From Elusimicrobiota bacterium (GTDB lineage Bacteria > CG03 > SLGR01), in contig PWEK01000012.1 in NCBI GenBank assembly GCA_003553445.1, positions 1,844 through 65,843 of the forward strand: a stretch of DNA of 64,000 nucleotides, read 5' to 3'. The position numbers and the translations under genes were made by a program. Shown here one piece after another: positions 29,627-38,620 of this stretch. Under the pieces are notes generated by a model. The model worked only from the letters and a program-made list of their open reading frames with translations, did no database searches and was not told the origin of the DNA. Numbering within the stretch: the stretch's first letter is position 1; each line of letters opens with the position of its first letter.

Positions 29627-30706
29627 TTACTGAACCTTAACCCCTTTTATAACCCTCTGCATATCCTTTTTATCCATTGAGTGCTTTAACGCCTGCTCAT
29701 ATGTTATATCGCCTTTTTTATAAAGTTTTGCCAGTGACTGGTTCATTGTCTGCATAAAAAATTCGGAACCTGACTGCATTGCGGAAGGCATCTGCTCCGT
29801 TTTATCCTCTCTTATCATGTTTCTTATGGCGGATGTAACTGTAAGGACCTCTACGGCAAGGGTCATTCCTCCCCCCTGCTCTTTTCTGCGCTGAATCAGC
29901 TTCTGACAGAAAACATACTGTAGAGTAAGCGAAAGCTGACTTCTGATCTGCGCCTGCTGATGAGGAGGAAAAACATCGATTATCCTGTTTATGGACTGAG
30001 GGGCGTCGGAAGTATGCAGCGTGGCAAAAACAAGATGGCCGGTCTCGGCTATGGTAAGCGCTGAAGCTATGGTTTCGTGATCCCTCATCTCTCCTATCAG
30101 TATTATGTCCGGGTCCTGGCGCATGGCGTATTTAAGCGCATTGGGAAAAGAGTGGGTGTCTGAATCCACTTCTCTCTGTGAAATAAGGCATGATTTATGC
30201 TGATGAACGTATTCAATAGGGTCTTCAATCGTAACCACATGCGAGTTTCTGGTTTCATTTAAGTAATTTATAACCGAAGCCAGGGTTGTAGATTTACCGC
30301 TTCCTGTGGGACCGCATACAAGAACAAGCCCGGTAGGCAGTTTTACCACATCATTAATTGCCTGAGGAAGGCCGAGTTCGTTGAAGCTGTAAAACTCATT
30401 GGGTATAGCTCTCATTGCAGAGCATACGGAACCGCGCTGGTAATAAACATTCATCCTTATTCTGCCCATTCCCTTTATTCCGAAAGAAACATCAAGCTCA
30501 TGGTCTTTTTCCAAAATCTCCTTCTGGTGCTCATTCAACATACCGTAAATCATATTCTGACACTTCTTCTTGGAAAGAACCTCACTGTTAAGTTTCCTTA
30601 GCTCTCCATCTATTCTGAATATCGGCGGGGCTCCTGCGTGAACATGTAAATCCGAGGCGCCCTTTTCAAACATCATTTTTAATAATCCGTCAATAAGTAC
30701 AACCAT
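29627..30706 (-). CDS. pilT: Type IV pilus retraction ATPase PilT
   Basis: ASDLHV, GPTGSGKSTTLA, TIEDPIEY, RQDPDIILIGEMRD, AETGHLVFATLHT, AIRNMIRE. Confidence 0.95.
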   Translation of the reverse strand: MVVLIDGLLKMMFEKGASDLHVHAGAPPIFRIDGELRKLNSEVLSKKKCQNMIYGMLNEHQKEILEKDHELDVSFGIKGMGRIRMNVYYQRGSVCSAMRAIPNEFYSFNELGLPQAINDVVKLPTGLVLVCGPTGSGKSTTLASVINYLNETRNSHVVTIEDPIEYVHQHKSCLISQREVDSDTHSFPNALKYAMRQDPDIILIGEMRDHETIASALTIAETGHLVFATLHTSDAPQSINRIIDVFPPHQQAQIRSQLSLTLQYVFCQKLIQRRKEQGGGMTLAVEVLTVTSAIRNMIREDKTEQMPSAMQSGSEFFMQTMNQSLAKLYKKGDITYEQALKHSMDKKDMQRVIKGVKVQ

Positions 30707-30884
30707 GTTTACCTCTTTCTTTCAATATTTCACATATCTTCTGCCTGAAGAGAAATTTACATATTTTTATATTTTCACTTTTTATTTCTCTTCTCAAAAT
30801 AAATACTAATTCAAATCCTTTATTAATTCAACATAAAACACAATTACACTTCCTTTCCCCAATACTAATGAAAACACCCTAAAA

Positions 30885-30926
30885 TCAAATTTTAATCAAA
30901 TTTTTCGCAAATATTCTGCAAAAATT
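30885..30926. repeat. Four direct repeats at 11-bp period (array copy 2, upstream of pilT)
   Basis: TCAAATTTT at 30885, TCAAATTTT at 30896, GCAAATATT at 30907, GCAAAAATT at 30918. Confidence 0.8.
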
Positions 30927-31034
30927 AATTTAACATAAACCTTGAAACTTTTTCGGCTGCTTAAATGTCTAATAAATGAAAGAAAATAAATATTAGATCT
31001 TTCGTATAAAAGATCAAGAAAAGGCCTCCTACAC

Positions 31035-31069
31035 AAAAACGCGCGGTGTATTCACGCCGCGCGTTTTTT
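31035..31069. terminator. Bidirectional intrinsic terminator downstream of hydA
   Basis: AAAAACGCGCGGTGT-attc-ACGCCGCGCGTTTTTT. Confidence 0.85.
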
Positions 31070-31101
31070 GTTCAGATATGCTTCAACTCTGTCAATCTAT
31101 T

Positions 31102-32853
31102 TTATTTTTTATATATAGGCCGGGGCTTAAATGTGGTATGCAAAAGTTTCCTGCTTTTCTCGCTCATGGGGGCTTGCAAAAACTCGCTGTAGAGTTTTTT
31201 TACCGCAGGGTTTGAATGTGAAGTTCGCAGTTTTTTCTTTTCATCATCTTTGTATAGGCCCGAAGCGCGCTTTGAACGAATTTCGTCAGTTACCCCATAG
31301 GGCTGACCGCCTCCTCCTATACACCCCCCGGGACATGCCATAACCTCAATGAAATGATAAGGCATTTCATCTCCCTTGTCCCTGGCTTGCCTGACTTTAT
31401 TTAGTACTGTCTCTATATTGCCCATCCCGTGGGCAACCGCGATTCGAATCTCTTTTCCGGCTATTTCAAGAGAAGCTTCCCTCACCCCTTCAAGCCCTCT
31501 TACCGGCTTATAATTCATCTCTTTAAATTCCTCTCCGGTAATATTGTAGCTGGCTGTTCTGAGGGCCGCCTCCATTACACCGCCGGTTGTTCCGAAAATA
31601 GTGCCGGCTCCGCTGTACTCTCCCAATATGTTGTCTGATTCCGATTCGGCCAGATTTGTAAACTCAAGACCGGCCTGTGAAATCATCCTGGAGAGCTCTC
31701 TGGTTGTCAATACCAGATCAACATCATTATAACCGGAAGCTGCCATCTGATAACTTCGCGTAATTTCATGTTTCTTTGCGGTGCAGGGCATTATGGAAAC
31801 CATAAAGATATCCGCTGGATCAATCCCTTTAGAGCGGGCATAGTAGGTCTTTGAAAGAACCCCGAGTATCTGGTGCGGAGATTTACAAGAAGAAAAATGT
31901 TTTATTATATCGGGGTAAAATTTTTCCATAAAGTCCACCCAAGAAGGACAGCAGGTAGTTATAAGCGGTAGTTCCTCGGGAGACGATTTAAATTTCTCCG
32001 CAAACTCAAAAGCCTCCTCCATTATCGTAACATCCGCCCCGAAATTTGTATCAAAAACAGCATTAAACCCCATCCTTCTAAGAAGCGTATAAAGCTTGCC
32101 GGTAAGATTTTCCCCGGGTTCATAACCGAAGGCTTCCCCCACCGTTACTCTCACTGCCGGCGCAATCTGAACGACACAGTGTTTTTTTTCATCAAGCAGC
32201 GCATCCCAGGCCTGCCTCGTCTGGTCATATTCAAATATAGCCCCTGTAGGACAGTGCGCAGAACACTGGCCGCAGCGTATGCATGGGGACTCAGAAAGCA
32301 CAATATCCCCGGCGGGAGATATTCTGGTATTGAAACCCCTTTCCAAAAACGAAAGAGCCCAGACATCCTGCACCTGCTGACATACCTCTATGCATCTGCC
32401 GCATAGTATGCATTTCTGCGGAATCAGCTCAATATTCTTAGTTGATTTATCCTCAGGAAGATTTCTTAGGTGCTCCTCAAAATGATCTTCGCGGATTCCA
32501 AAATCCGCTGCAAGTTTCTGAAGTTCGCAAATATTGTTTCTTCCGCATTTAAGACAGTCGTTGGGATGATTTGACAGAATGAGCTCCAGCACCGTTCTCC
32601 GCGTTTCAATTATTTCCGGATCATGTGTTGTTACTGACATCCCCTCTTCAACAGGAGTACAGCAGGCACGTATCATACGTGAAAAACCCTCCACCTTGAC
32701 TATGCATATGCCGCATGCAGCCGAAGGATCTATGTCCTGATGCTTGCATAATGTAGGTATCGCCACCTGCGCATCCCTGGCGGCCTCCAGAATGGTGGTT
32801 CCTTTCTCTACTTCAACTTCAATATTATTAATGTTGGCTTTTATTTTAGTCAT
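31102..32853 (-). CDS. hydA: [FeFe]-hydrogenase catalytic subunit (group A)
   Basis: H-cluster motifs TTCCPSW, MPCTAKKHE, EVMACPGGCIGGGGQP. N-terminal 2Fe-2S, His-ligated 4Fe-4S (HPNDCLKC) and 2x4Fe-4S domains. Confidence 0.96.
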   Translation of the reverse strand: MTKIKANINNIEVEVEKGTTILEAARDAQVAIPTLCKHQDIDPSAACGICIVKVEGFSRMIRACCTPVEEGMSVTTHDPEIIETRRTVLELILSNHPNDCLKCGRNNICELQKLAADFGIREDHFEEHLRNLPEDKSTKNIELIPQKCILCGRCIEVCQQVQDVWALSFLERGFNTRISPAGDIVLSESPCIRCGQCSAHCPTGAIFEYDQTRQAWDALLDEKKHCVVQIAPAVRVTVGEAFGYEPGENLTGKLYTLLRRMGFNAVFDTNFGADVTIMEEAFEFAEKFKSSPEELPLITTCCPSWVDFMEKFYPDIIKHFSSCKSPHQILGVLSKTYYARSKGIDPADIFMVSIMPCTAKKHEITRSYQMAASGYNDVDLVLTTRELSRMISQAGLEFTNLAESESDNILGEYSGAGTIFGTTGGVMEAALRTASYNITGEEFKEMNYKPVRGLEGVREASLEIAGKEIRIAVAHGMGNIETVLNKVRQARDKGDEMPYHFIEVMACPGGCIGGGGQPYGVTDEIRSKRASGLYKDDEKKKLRTSHSNPAVKKLYSEFLQAPMSEKSRKLLHTTFKPRPIYKK

Positions 32854-34613
32854 TCTCTCTCTACGGCATTAAAACGGCAAACTTCGTAGCATTCACCGCA
32901 CTTAATACACTTTTCCTGTTCTATTGTGTAACCCTCTTTCCTGTCACCCGAAACGGCGTTAACCGGGCATTTTTTAAAACATAGGCTGCACCTTGTGCAT
33001 CTTTCCTGATTTATGGAATATCTCATAAGCTCCGCGCAGCTTCCTGTCCGGCATCTTCTGTCTTTTACATGCTCTTCATACTCCTGTCTGAAATACTTCA
33101 GGGTTGAAAACACAGGGTTGGGAGCTGTCTGCCCCAATCCGCAAAGAGACGCCCTTACCATAGCTTCGGATATTTTCTCCATTTTTTCAAGGTCTTCCTC
33201 TCTGCCTAAACCTTTAGCTATCCGATTGAGTATATCAAGAAGCTGATACCCGCCTATCCGGCAGGGAGGGCACTTCCCGCATGATTCATCTACGCAGAAT
33301 CTGAGATAAAACCTCGCCACATCTACCATACAGTCGGTTTCATCCATTACGATCATTCCCCCGGAGCCCATTATAGAACCCAGCTTCTGCAGGTTTTCAT
33401 AATCCACGGGGGTATCAAGATACTCATAAGGAATCACCCCGCCTGACGGGCCTCCTGTCTGTACAGCCTTAAGCTCTGCCCCGGTTTCAATCCCCCCTCC
33501 CACATCATTTACTATCTCTCTGAGCGTGACACCCATCGGCACCTCAATCAACCCGGAGTTTTTAACCTTTCCCGTCAATGCGAAAACCTTTGTTCCGGAA
33601 GATTTTTCTGTACCGATGCCGCTGAACCATTTGCCGCCTTTTTCAATTATGACCGGTATGTTGGCAAGCGTTTCAACATTATTAATTATAGTGGGCTTAC
33701 CCCACAGCCCCTGTACCGAAGGGTATGGCGGACGAGGCCTCGGTGTTCCCCTTTTACCTTCTATTGAAGCTATCAGGGAAGTCTCTTCTCCGCATACAAA
33801 AGCTCCGGCTCCCAGCCTTACTTCCATATCAAAGTTGAAATCCGTGCCCAGTATTCTCTCGCCCAAAAAACCGTGTTCACGAGCCTGATCCAGGGCTTTC
33901 TGCACCCTCTCAATCGCCAGAGGGTATTCTGCTCTTATATAAAAATAACCTGTTGAAGCCCCCGATGTAAAACCGCCTATTATCATCCCCTCTATTACGG
34001 AATGGGGGTCGCCCTCAATAATGCTTCTGTCCATGTATGCGCCGGGATCCCCCTCATCGGCATTGCATATTATAAATTTCTCGTCGGCTTCAGCCTGACG
34101 GGCAAAATTCCATTTCATCCATGTGGGAAATCCTCCCCCCCCCCTTCCTCTGAGGCCGCTTTCTTTAAGCTCTTCTATTACCTCATCAGGGTTCATCCCT
34201 TTTAGAATCTTTTTTAGAGAACTGTATCCGCCTGCGGAAATATAGTCTTCTATTCTTTCAGGGTCAATCTTTCCGCAGTTTCTCAAAACCACTCTTTTAG
34301 TCCGTGATACATCCTTATGGAGCAGCTCTTCTATGGTGGTATTCTCTACTATTGTTTTCTCAACTATTTTCTCAAAATCCGAAGTGTTTACGTTGCTGTA
34401 GATAACATTGTTAGGCCATATTTTCATGACTACGCCCTTGTTATATATGCCGGCAAACTCCGCCCGGGCCACCTGAACTCTTTCATGCAGGTCTTTCTTC
34501 TTAAGGTAATTAAGAAATTCGGAATAAAAATCCTCTGTCCTGTCTGGATTTGACACCCCGGTATCTTTAAGAAGTACTACAACCTTATCTTCCATATTCC
34601 TCTCGCATTTCAA
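32850..34613 (-). CDS. hydB: NuoF-like NADH/FMN subunit of a bifurcating hydrogenase
   Basis: SGLRGRGGGGFPT, CNADEGDPGAYMDR, GAGAFVCGEETSL, ESCGKCPPCR, C-terminal 2x4Fe-4S. Confidence 0.95.
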   Translation of the reverse strand: MKCERNMEDKVVVLLKDTGVSNPDRTEDFYSEFLNYLKKKDLHERVQVARAEFAGIYNKGVVMKIWPNNVIYSNVNTSDFEKIVEKTIVENTTIEELLHKDVSRTKRVVLRNCGKIDPERIEDYISAGGYSSLKKILKGMNPDEVIEELKESGLRGRGGGGFPTWMKWNFARQAEADEKFIICNADEGDPGAYMDRSIIEGDPHSVIEGMIIGGFTSGASTGYFYIRAEYPLAIERVQKALDQAREHGFLGERILGTDFNFDMEVRLGAGAFVCGEETSLIASIEGKRGTPRPRPPYPSVQGLWGKPTIINNVETLANIPVIIEKGGKWFSGIGTEKSSGTKVFALTGKVKNSGLIEVPMGVTLREIVNDVGGGIETGAELKAVQTGGPSGGVIPYEYLDTPVDYENLQKLGSIMGSGGMIVMDETDCMVDVARFYLRFCVDESCGKCPPCRIGGYQLLDILNRIAKGLGREEDLEKMEKISEAMVRASLCGLGQTAPNPVFSTLKYFRQEYEEHVKDRRCRTGSCAELMRYSINQERCTRCSLCFKKCPVNAVSGDRKEGYTIEQEKCIKCGECYEVCRFNAVERE

Positions 34614-34957
34614 AACCTGTTAGTATTAAATTCATAAATACCCGAATCAAGCACCCTGCCCTTTATAATGTGCTCCTCTATAATCTTCTCGGATATGCCT
34701 TCATCCACTTTGCCGTATATAACACGCGGCAAACCTTTATACTTAATCTCAACCAGCGGCTCGGCATAACAAGCTCCCAGGCAGCCGCAGCGCTTTAACT
34801 CAAGATCAAGGTTGTTTCTTTTAATTTCTTTTTTAAGGTGTTCATAGACCTTATCGGCCCCCGCCGCGACACCACAGGTGCTCATTCCAACCCTTATCCA
34901 GTTTTCTCCCTGATCCATGCCTGAGTTTCTTACTTCCGAATTTTCGGGGTTATTCAC
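34610..34957 (-). CDS. Thioredoxin-like [2Fe-2S] ferredoxin subunit (HydD/HndB-like); start probably GTG 34957
   Basis: IRVGMSTCGVAAGA, GCLGACYAEPLVE, and AAGGAG 7 nt before the GTG. Confidence 0.88.
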   Translation of the reverse strand: MNNPENSEVRNSGMDQGENWIRVGMSTCGVAAGADKVYEHLKKEIKRNNLDLELKRCGCLGACYAEPLVEIKYKGLPRVIYGKVDEGISEKIIEEHIIKGRVLDSGIYEFNTNRF

Positions 34958-35420
34958 CTGATGACTCCTTATCCATATATTCGGATATGATATCGGCAAC
35001 CTGAGATTTGGTTACTTTTCCATATACCTTACCGTCAACCGTAATGGCGGGAGCGAGACCGCAACAACCAAGACACCTTACTGTGTTAAGCTGGAAAATT
35101 CCATCCTCTGTGGTCTCATCCTCCTGTATATTGAGTATATTCTTGAACTCTTTCAGCACCCTGCCGGCCCCCTTAAGGTAACAGGCAGTACCCATGCATA
35201 TCGATATGGTGTACTTCCCGGGGGGATCCAACTTGAAATAATTATAAAAAGTGAGAACCTCATATATAGTAGCAAGAGGAACATCAAGCATCCGGGAAAG
35301 CTTCATGGAAACCTCGCGGGGAACATACCCGTAGGAGTTTTGAATCTCATGAAATATCATTACAAGATTACCCCTGCGACCTTCCCACTTTTTTATAAGT
35401 TTATTAAGTTTTTTTTCCAT
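34950..35420 (-). CDS. hydC: NuoE-like [2Fe-2S] subunit of a bifurcating hydrogenase
   Basis: IQNSYGYVP, TFYNYF, CMGTACYLKG, RCLGCCGLAP. Confidence 0.94.
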   Translation of the reverse strand: MEKKLNKLIKKWEGRRGNLVMIFHEIQNSYGYVPREVSMKLSRMLDVPLATIYEVLTFYNYFKLDPPGKYTISICMGTACYLKGAGRVLKEFKNILNIQEDETTEDGIFQLNTVRCLGCCGLAPAITVDGKVYGKVTKSQVADIISEYMDKESSGE

Positions 35421-35516
35421 AATGTGCTATATTCAGCCAATTTTATTTCAATTTGTCAAATTCCCGACAAAGATAATCAAGGATTAGTTATTCAGGGGAG
35501 GCTTTTTACTTACCAT

Positions 35517-36179
35517 TTAATCCATGTGCTCACGCAAAAATTCCTGTCTTTCAATAAATCGCTCTTCTATTCCGGAGTCCTCACCATACTCATTAAACCT
35601 ATCTTCATCAATATGAAAAAGGCCCGTCCCGGGTGTCTTGCCCTGATAAACACCGCCTATAAGCCGCAGAGCCAAATAAAGAACACCCATGGAAATTGCA
35701 AAAAAGAAAAAGAGCTTAAACACTTTCTTAACGAAGTTATCTGATAACATGAAAACAAGAAATTCCCTCCTGGATTCAAATTTTTCAGAGATATTTATAA
35801 GAACCAGTCCCGCCATTGAAAAAAACACAATCAGATATCTATGCGGAGAAACCGGGAACTTTCTGTGATCGGCATCCCCTCCCGGAGCAGTTTTCCATCC
35901 CTCTTGCTGCGGCTCTCTTCCTATGGAAAACTCAAGAGGCTCTTCGGTTTCAAACCAGAAAGACATTATGAAATCGTGGGTTTTTCTTCTTTCACCGCTT
36001 TCGGTGTTTTCATACACCCGTGTAAACCTGAAATATTCAACAGGAAAGAGAAGAACCCCTATACCAATCAGGCTTAATGCTATAAATAAAAAATTTCTTA
36101 TAAAAAAAGACTCAATCTGCCTTACCCTATCTTTTTGCTGAATGCATCTGAATAGATGCAGATAAAAATTCAAAAACAT
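35517..36179 (-). CDS. Hypothetical membrane protein
   Basis: 220-aa ORF with about 3 hydrophobic segments, directly after the carbonic anhydrase-like gene. Confidence 0.55.
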   Translation of the reverse strand: MFLNFYLHLFRCIQQKDRVRQIESFFIRNFLFIALSLIGIGVLLFPVEYFRFTRVYENTESGERRKTHDFIMSFWFETEEPLEFSIGREPQQEGWKTAPGGDADHRKFPVSPHRYLIVFFSMAGLVLINISEKFESRREFLVFMLSDNFVKKVFKLFFFFAISMGVLYLALRLIGGVYQGKTPGTGLFHIDEDRFNEYGEDSGIEERFIERQEFLREHMD

Positions 36180-36182
36180 CTT

Positions 36183-36563
36183 TTATTCCATGCTGATCAA
36201 CTCCTCAACCTCCCATTTATCCGAAACCCATAAACCGGCAACTTTCACCGCAGGCTTCCATTTTTTCACCCTTTTAACTGAGCTGCGAATCTGTTTTTTA
36301 TGTTTTTTGTCGTCTACAGGGTTACCCCCGCAATCACTATGCCCTACGATAAAGACACTGCAGGAACCGTGCTTCTCTAATGATATGTCTATTTTATCTA
36401 TAAGGCTTTCCTTTTTCGGACATCTCTGTTTTGTAAGCAACCCGTCCATCCCCGCCTCGGTAATCATGTCGACACAATCAACCCTGTAATTTTCTTTTAT
36501 CCAGTTTATAACCGGCAGCTGGATTCTTCCGTCCATGCAGCTCAAACAAGTAGCAAACTTCAT
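36183..36563 (-). CDS. Putative small beta-class carbonic anhydrase
   Basis: CMDGRIQ (CxDxR) and VGHSDCGGN (HxxC) zinc ligands. Confidence 0.8.
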   Translation of the reverse strand: MKFATCLSCMDGRIQLPVINWIKENYRVDCVDMITEAGMDGLLTKQRCPKKESLIDKIDISLEKHGSCSVFIVGHSDCGGNPVDDKKHKKQIRSSVKRVKKWKPAVKVAGLWVSDKWEVEELISME

Positions 36564-36725
36564 TTTTACCCTTCCTTTCATTAAATTTTTTTTACTTCTT
36601 TTCGATTATACATTTATCATAATTTATTTCTTACCTATATTACAAACGCCAAATAATTTGAAATTAAAAAGGGAAAAAGTAGAATGTAATAAAGAAAATT
36701 TAAGTAATAGGAGAAAAATTAAATA

Positions 36726-37496
36726 ATGAAAAAATATATATTTTTATTAATCACAATCACAGCACTCACACCAAAAGCAGAGGCCGGCTGGGAAATATCC
36801 GGAAGTTTAAGCGCTAATTATTCGGGAACAGCTGTATCCGACAACTGGGAGGGAAGCGAATCCAATGCCAAAAACTGGATGGTACAGAGTGACATTTATG
36901 CAGATCTGGAAGAGAAAAAGTCAGATCTTTCCAATTCCCTAAAAGTGGAATACGGTGAGTCCACATCCGAAGATGAATCCTTCAAGGTTACCGCAGACCG
37001 GATTTACCTTGAAAGCGTTTATTCATACAAGGTAAGCAGATACGGCAACCCTTACGCCTCTTTTTCCGCAGAAACATATTTCAGGAACTTTTTCGATCCC
37101 GGGGAACTTACGGAAGCCGCCGGCATAAGCTGGGATGTTCTGAAAAAAGAAGAACAAACACTAAAAACAAGAATGGGAGGGGCCCTTAAACAGACCCTGT
37201 CAAAAGATGAAAAACCCAAACATGACACAGGTATGCAATGGGTAACAAACTATTCCCTTAAAATAGCTAAAAACATAAGATACATATCCGAGCTCAATAT
37301 GTTTACCGCTTTCGACGGAGGCGCGGATATGAGGTGGGATAATTCACTTCACGTGGAACTGAACCGTTATCTGACCGCCCGAATAGGATACCTGGCTCTT
37401 CACGACTATGACCCGGACGGCCCAAGCCCAAAATTCCCTGATGATATACAGCACAGGCTTACATTTGGAATAGGGGCTTCATTTAACCTCTTTTAA
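36726..37496 (+). CDS. Outer-membrane beta-barrel protein (DUF3078/DUF481-like)
   Basis: Signal peptide, SDNWEG, NSLKVEYG, DRIYLESVY, RWDNSL, terminal aromatic strand SFNLF. Confidence 0.7.
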   Translation: MKKYIFLLITITALTPKAEAGWEISGSLSANYSGTAVSDNWEGSESNAKNWMVQSDIYADLEEKKSDLSNSLKVEYGESTSEDESFKVTADRIYLESVYSYKVSRYGNPYASFSAETYFRNFFDPGELTEAAGISWDVLKKEEQTLKTRMGGALKQTLSKDEKPKHDTGMQWVTNYSLKIAKNIRYISELNMFTAFDGGADMRWDNSLHVELNRYLTARIGYLALHDYDPDGPSPKFPDDIQHRLTFGIGASFNLF

Positions 37497-37514
37497 ATAA
37501 TGCTGATATAAATT

Positions 37515-37856
37515 TTATTTTTTCTCCCGCTCCTCCTTCTCCGGTTTTTCAATACCCCATTCTTCATAGAGTTCATTTATTCTTTCTTTAATATCTTCTC
37601 TTTCCGCCCCCTCTTTCTTTAAACCCTTAATCTCATCCCGCTTTTGAGACAACTGTTCTTCTGTAAGATTCTTTTTCGACCAATATCCGGCATGCCTTCT
37701 TTTTCCGGCGCGCCCCTTCTCCTTAAACCTCTCTCTTCTTTCACTTCTCATCCCTCTTTCGTAAGGTTTTTCGGGTTCCCTGGAACCGCAGCCCGATACC
37801 AGCGCTGCTGAAAGAACCGTCCCGACTACCATTAACATAACTGTCTTTAATTTCAT
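37515..37856 (-). CDS. Hypothetical highly charged lipoprotein
   Basis: MKLKTVMLMVVGTVLSAALVSGC lipobox, GAGGAGG SD, C-terminal LTEEQ...ELYEEWGIEKP. Confidence 0.7.
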   Translation of the reverse strand: MKLKTVMLMVVGTVLSAALVSGCGSREPEKPYERGMRSERRERFKEKGRAGKRRHAGYWSKKNLTEEQLSQKRDEIKGLKKEGAEREDIKERINELYEEWGIEKPEKEEREKK

Positions 37857-38006
37857 TTTCCCTCCTCTCATATATTTAGACAATTAACTCCGGAGTTTTG
37901 TTTCACTATATGCTCAAAACCCCGATTCGACAATTATTGACACATATAAGATAATATATAATAATAATTCCGGAACAGCAGCATAGAGAAAACGGAGGTT
38001 TTTCAA

Positions 38007-38597
38007 ATGAACATAGGATTAATCATTTTAATTGCGGTATTACTTATCGTTATAATCATGACTGTAAAAATCTATAACGGTCTTGTTACACTCAGAAACA
38101 GGTTTAAAAACGCTTTTGCCCAGATCGACGTTCAGCTAAAGCGTCGATATGACCTTATTCCTAATCTGGTTGAAACGGCAAAGGGCTATTTAAAACACGA
38201 GAGAGGAACGCTGGAAGCTGTAATAAAGGCGCGCAACCAGGCGGCATCGGCCGAAAACGAAGCCTCAAAACATCCTGAAGACCCCCAGGCGATGAAAAAG
38301 CTGGTTGATACTGAAGGCCAGCTCGGAGGAGCCCTGGGAAGACTCCTTGTAACTGTAGAAAGATATCCCGACCTGAAAGCCAACCAGACGATGGAGAAGT
38401 TAATGGAAGAACTTAAATCAACAGAAAACAAAGTTTCCTTTGCGAGACAGGCCTATAACGATGCAGTAATGCTTTACAACACGAAACGCGAAGTTTTTCC
38501 GAATGTAGTCCTTGCGGGACCCCTGGGCTTTAAAGAAGCTGTGCTTTTTAAAATTGAAAAGGAAGAAGAAAAAGAAGCTCCCGAAGTATCGTTTTAA
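38007..38597 (+). CDS. lemA: LemA family protein
   Basis: YNGLVTLRN, QIDVQLKRRYDLIPNLVET, ERYPDLKANQ, TENKVSFARQAYND. Confidence 0.96.
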   Translation: MNIGLIILIAVLLIVIIMTVKIYNGLVTLRNRFKNAFAQIDVQLKRRYDLIPNLVETAKGYLKHERGTLEAVIKARNQAASAENEASKHPEDPQAMKKLVDTEGQLGGALGRLLVTVERYPDLKANQTMEKLMEELKSTENKVSFARQAYNDAVMLYNTKREVFPNVVLAGPLGFKEAVLFKIEKEEEKEAPEVSF

Positions 38598-38620
38598 CAT
38601 AATAAAGAGACAGACGAAGA

